The position numbers were made by a program, and so were the translations under genes. A stretch of DNA of 41,507 nt from contig CAZIXN010000002.1 of assembly GCA_964543215.1 (NCBI GenBank), positions 1-41,507 of the forward strand. The letters are read 5' to 3'. Under the pieces are notes generated by a model. That model worked only from the letters and a program-made list of their open reading frames with translations. It was not told where the DNA came from and did not search any database. This DNA is from an uncultured Phycisphaera sp. (lineage in GTDB: Bacteria > Planctomycetota > Phycisphaerae > Phycisphaerales > Phycisphaeraceae). Positions 41,351 to 41,507 of the stretch are shown in pieces (the stretch's first letter is position 1; every line of letters starts with the position of its first letter).

Positions 41351-41507
41351 CGGATCTGGACGGGGGTGTCGGTCGTTCCGTGCGCAAGTTTGGGGTGCGG
41401 GGCTTGACCGGTGGGTAGCTTTGGTTGCAGACGCAGTTGGCCGATCCGCGGAGTGGCGGGGTGGATTGAGTTTCGCTTTCGGGTTCGAGGGGGTCGTGAA
41501 CACACCA

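Noticed and set aside
41440-41507. A possible tRNA or tmRNA 3' end, suggested by gggttcgaggggg and a terminal ...acacca at the window edge.
   Set aside because: The five bases either side of a TTCGAGG loop cannot pair, so there is no T-arm. No acceptor-stem complement is visible. The CCA is probably coincidental.

Overview
High-GC (roughly 65-70%) chromosomal segment with strong Planctomycetota (Phycisphaerae-like) signatures. These include four PEP-CTERM proteins (three with dockerin-like repeats), a DUF1559 prepilin-like protein, many insertion-bearing housekeeping proteins, and frequent 4-nt start/stop overlaps (ATGA/GTGA/TTGA). I call about 45 protein genes, mostly housekeeping, envelope and signalling: truB, queA, tatC, UDP-glucuronate decarboxylase, two HD-GYP proteins, an Rrf2 regulator, a CaCA antiporter, a PQQ-type sugar dehydrogenase, a di-haem peroxidase, a GT3 glycogen synthase, a vapBC pair, an aldehyde dehydrogenase and a KS-like/KS pair. 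I found no rRNA, tRNA, CRISPR array, transposase or integrase. The ORF track translates alternative starts (GTG/TTG) as M, so several starts were re-evaluated. The most unusual signal is that all three 23S-IVS/Avd-type four-helix-bundle (4HB) ORFs in the window (5333-5716, 19965-20342, 39511-39870) lie inside long inverted repeats. The arms of each repeat are short tandem (mostly heptanucleotide) repeats with a different sequence at each locus, and they sit exactly at the boundaries of neighbouring genes. One cassette splits a KS-like/KS gene pair, and one ORF carries an in-frame TAA. Three ORF-less hairpins of the same architecture occur at other gene junctions. The second candidate is a lower-GC islet (about 12470-13351) encoding a HicB-like antitoxin-fold protein translationally coupled (GTGA) to a GIY-YIG-like protein instead of HicA. 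Other observations: a frameshifted DUF486 gene, a REP-like palindrome family, twin mini-hairpin terminators, a large TatC loop insertion, and degenerate catalytic motifs in the KS-like, rhodanese and HD-GYP proteins. All family assignments come from motif recognition by eye; no database search was possible.
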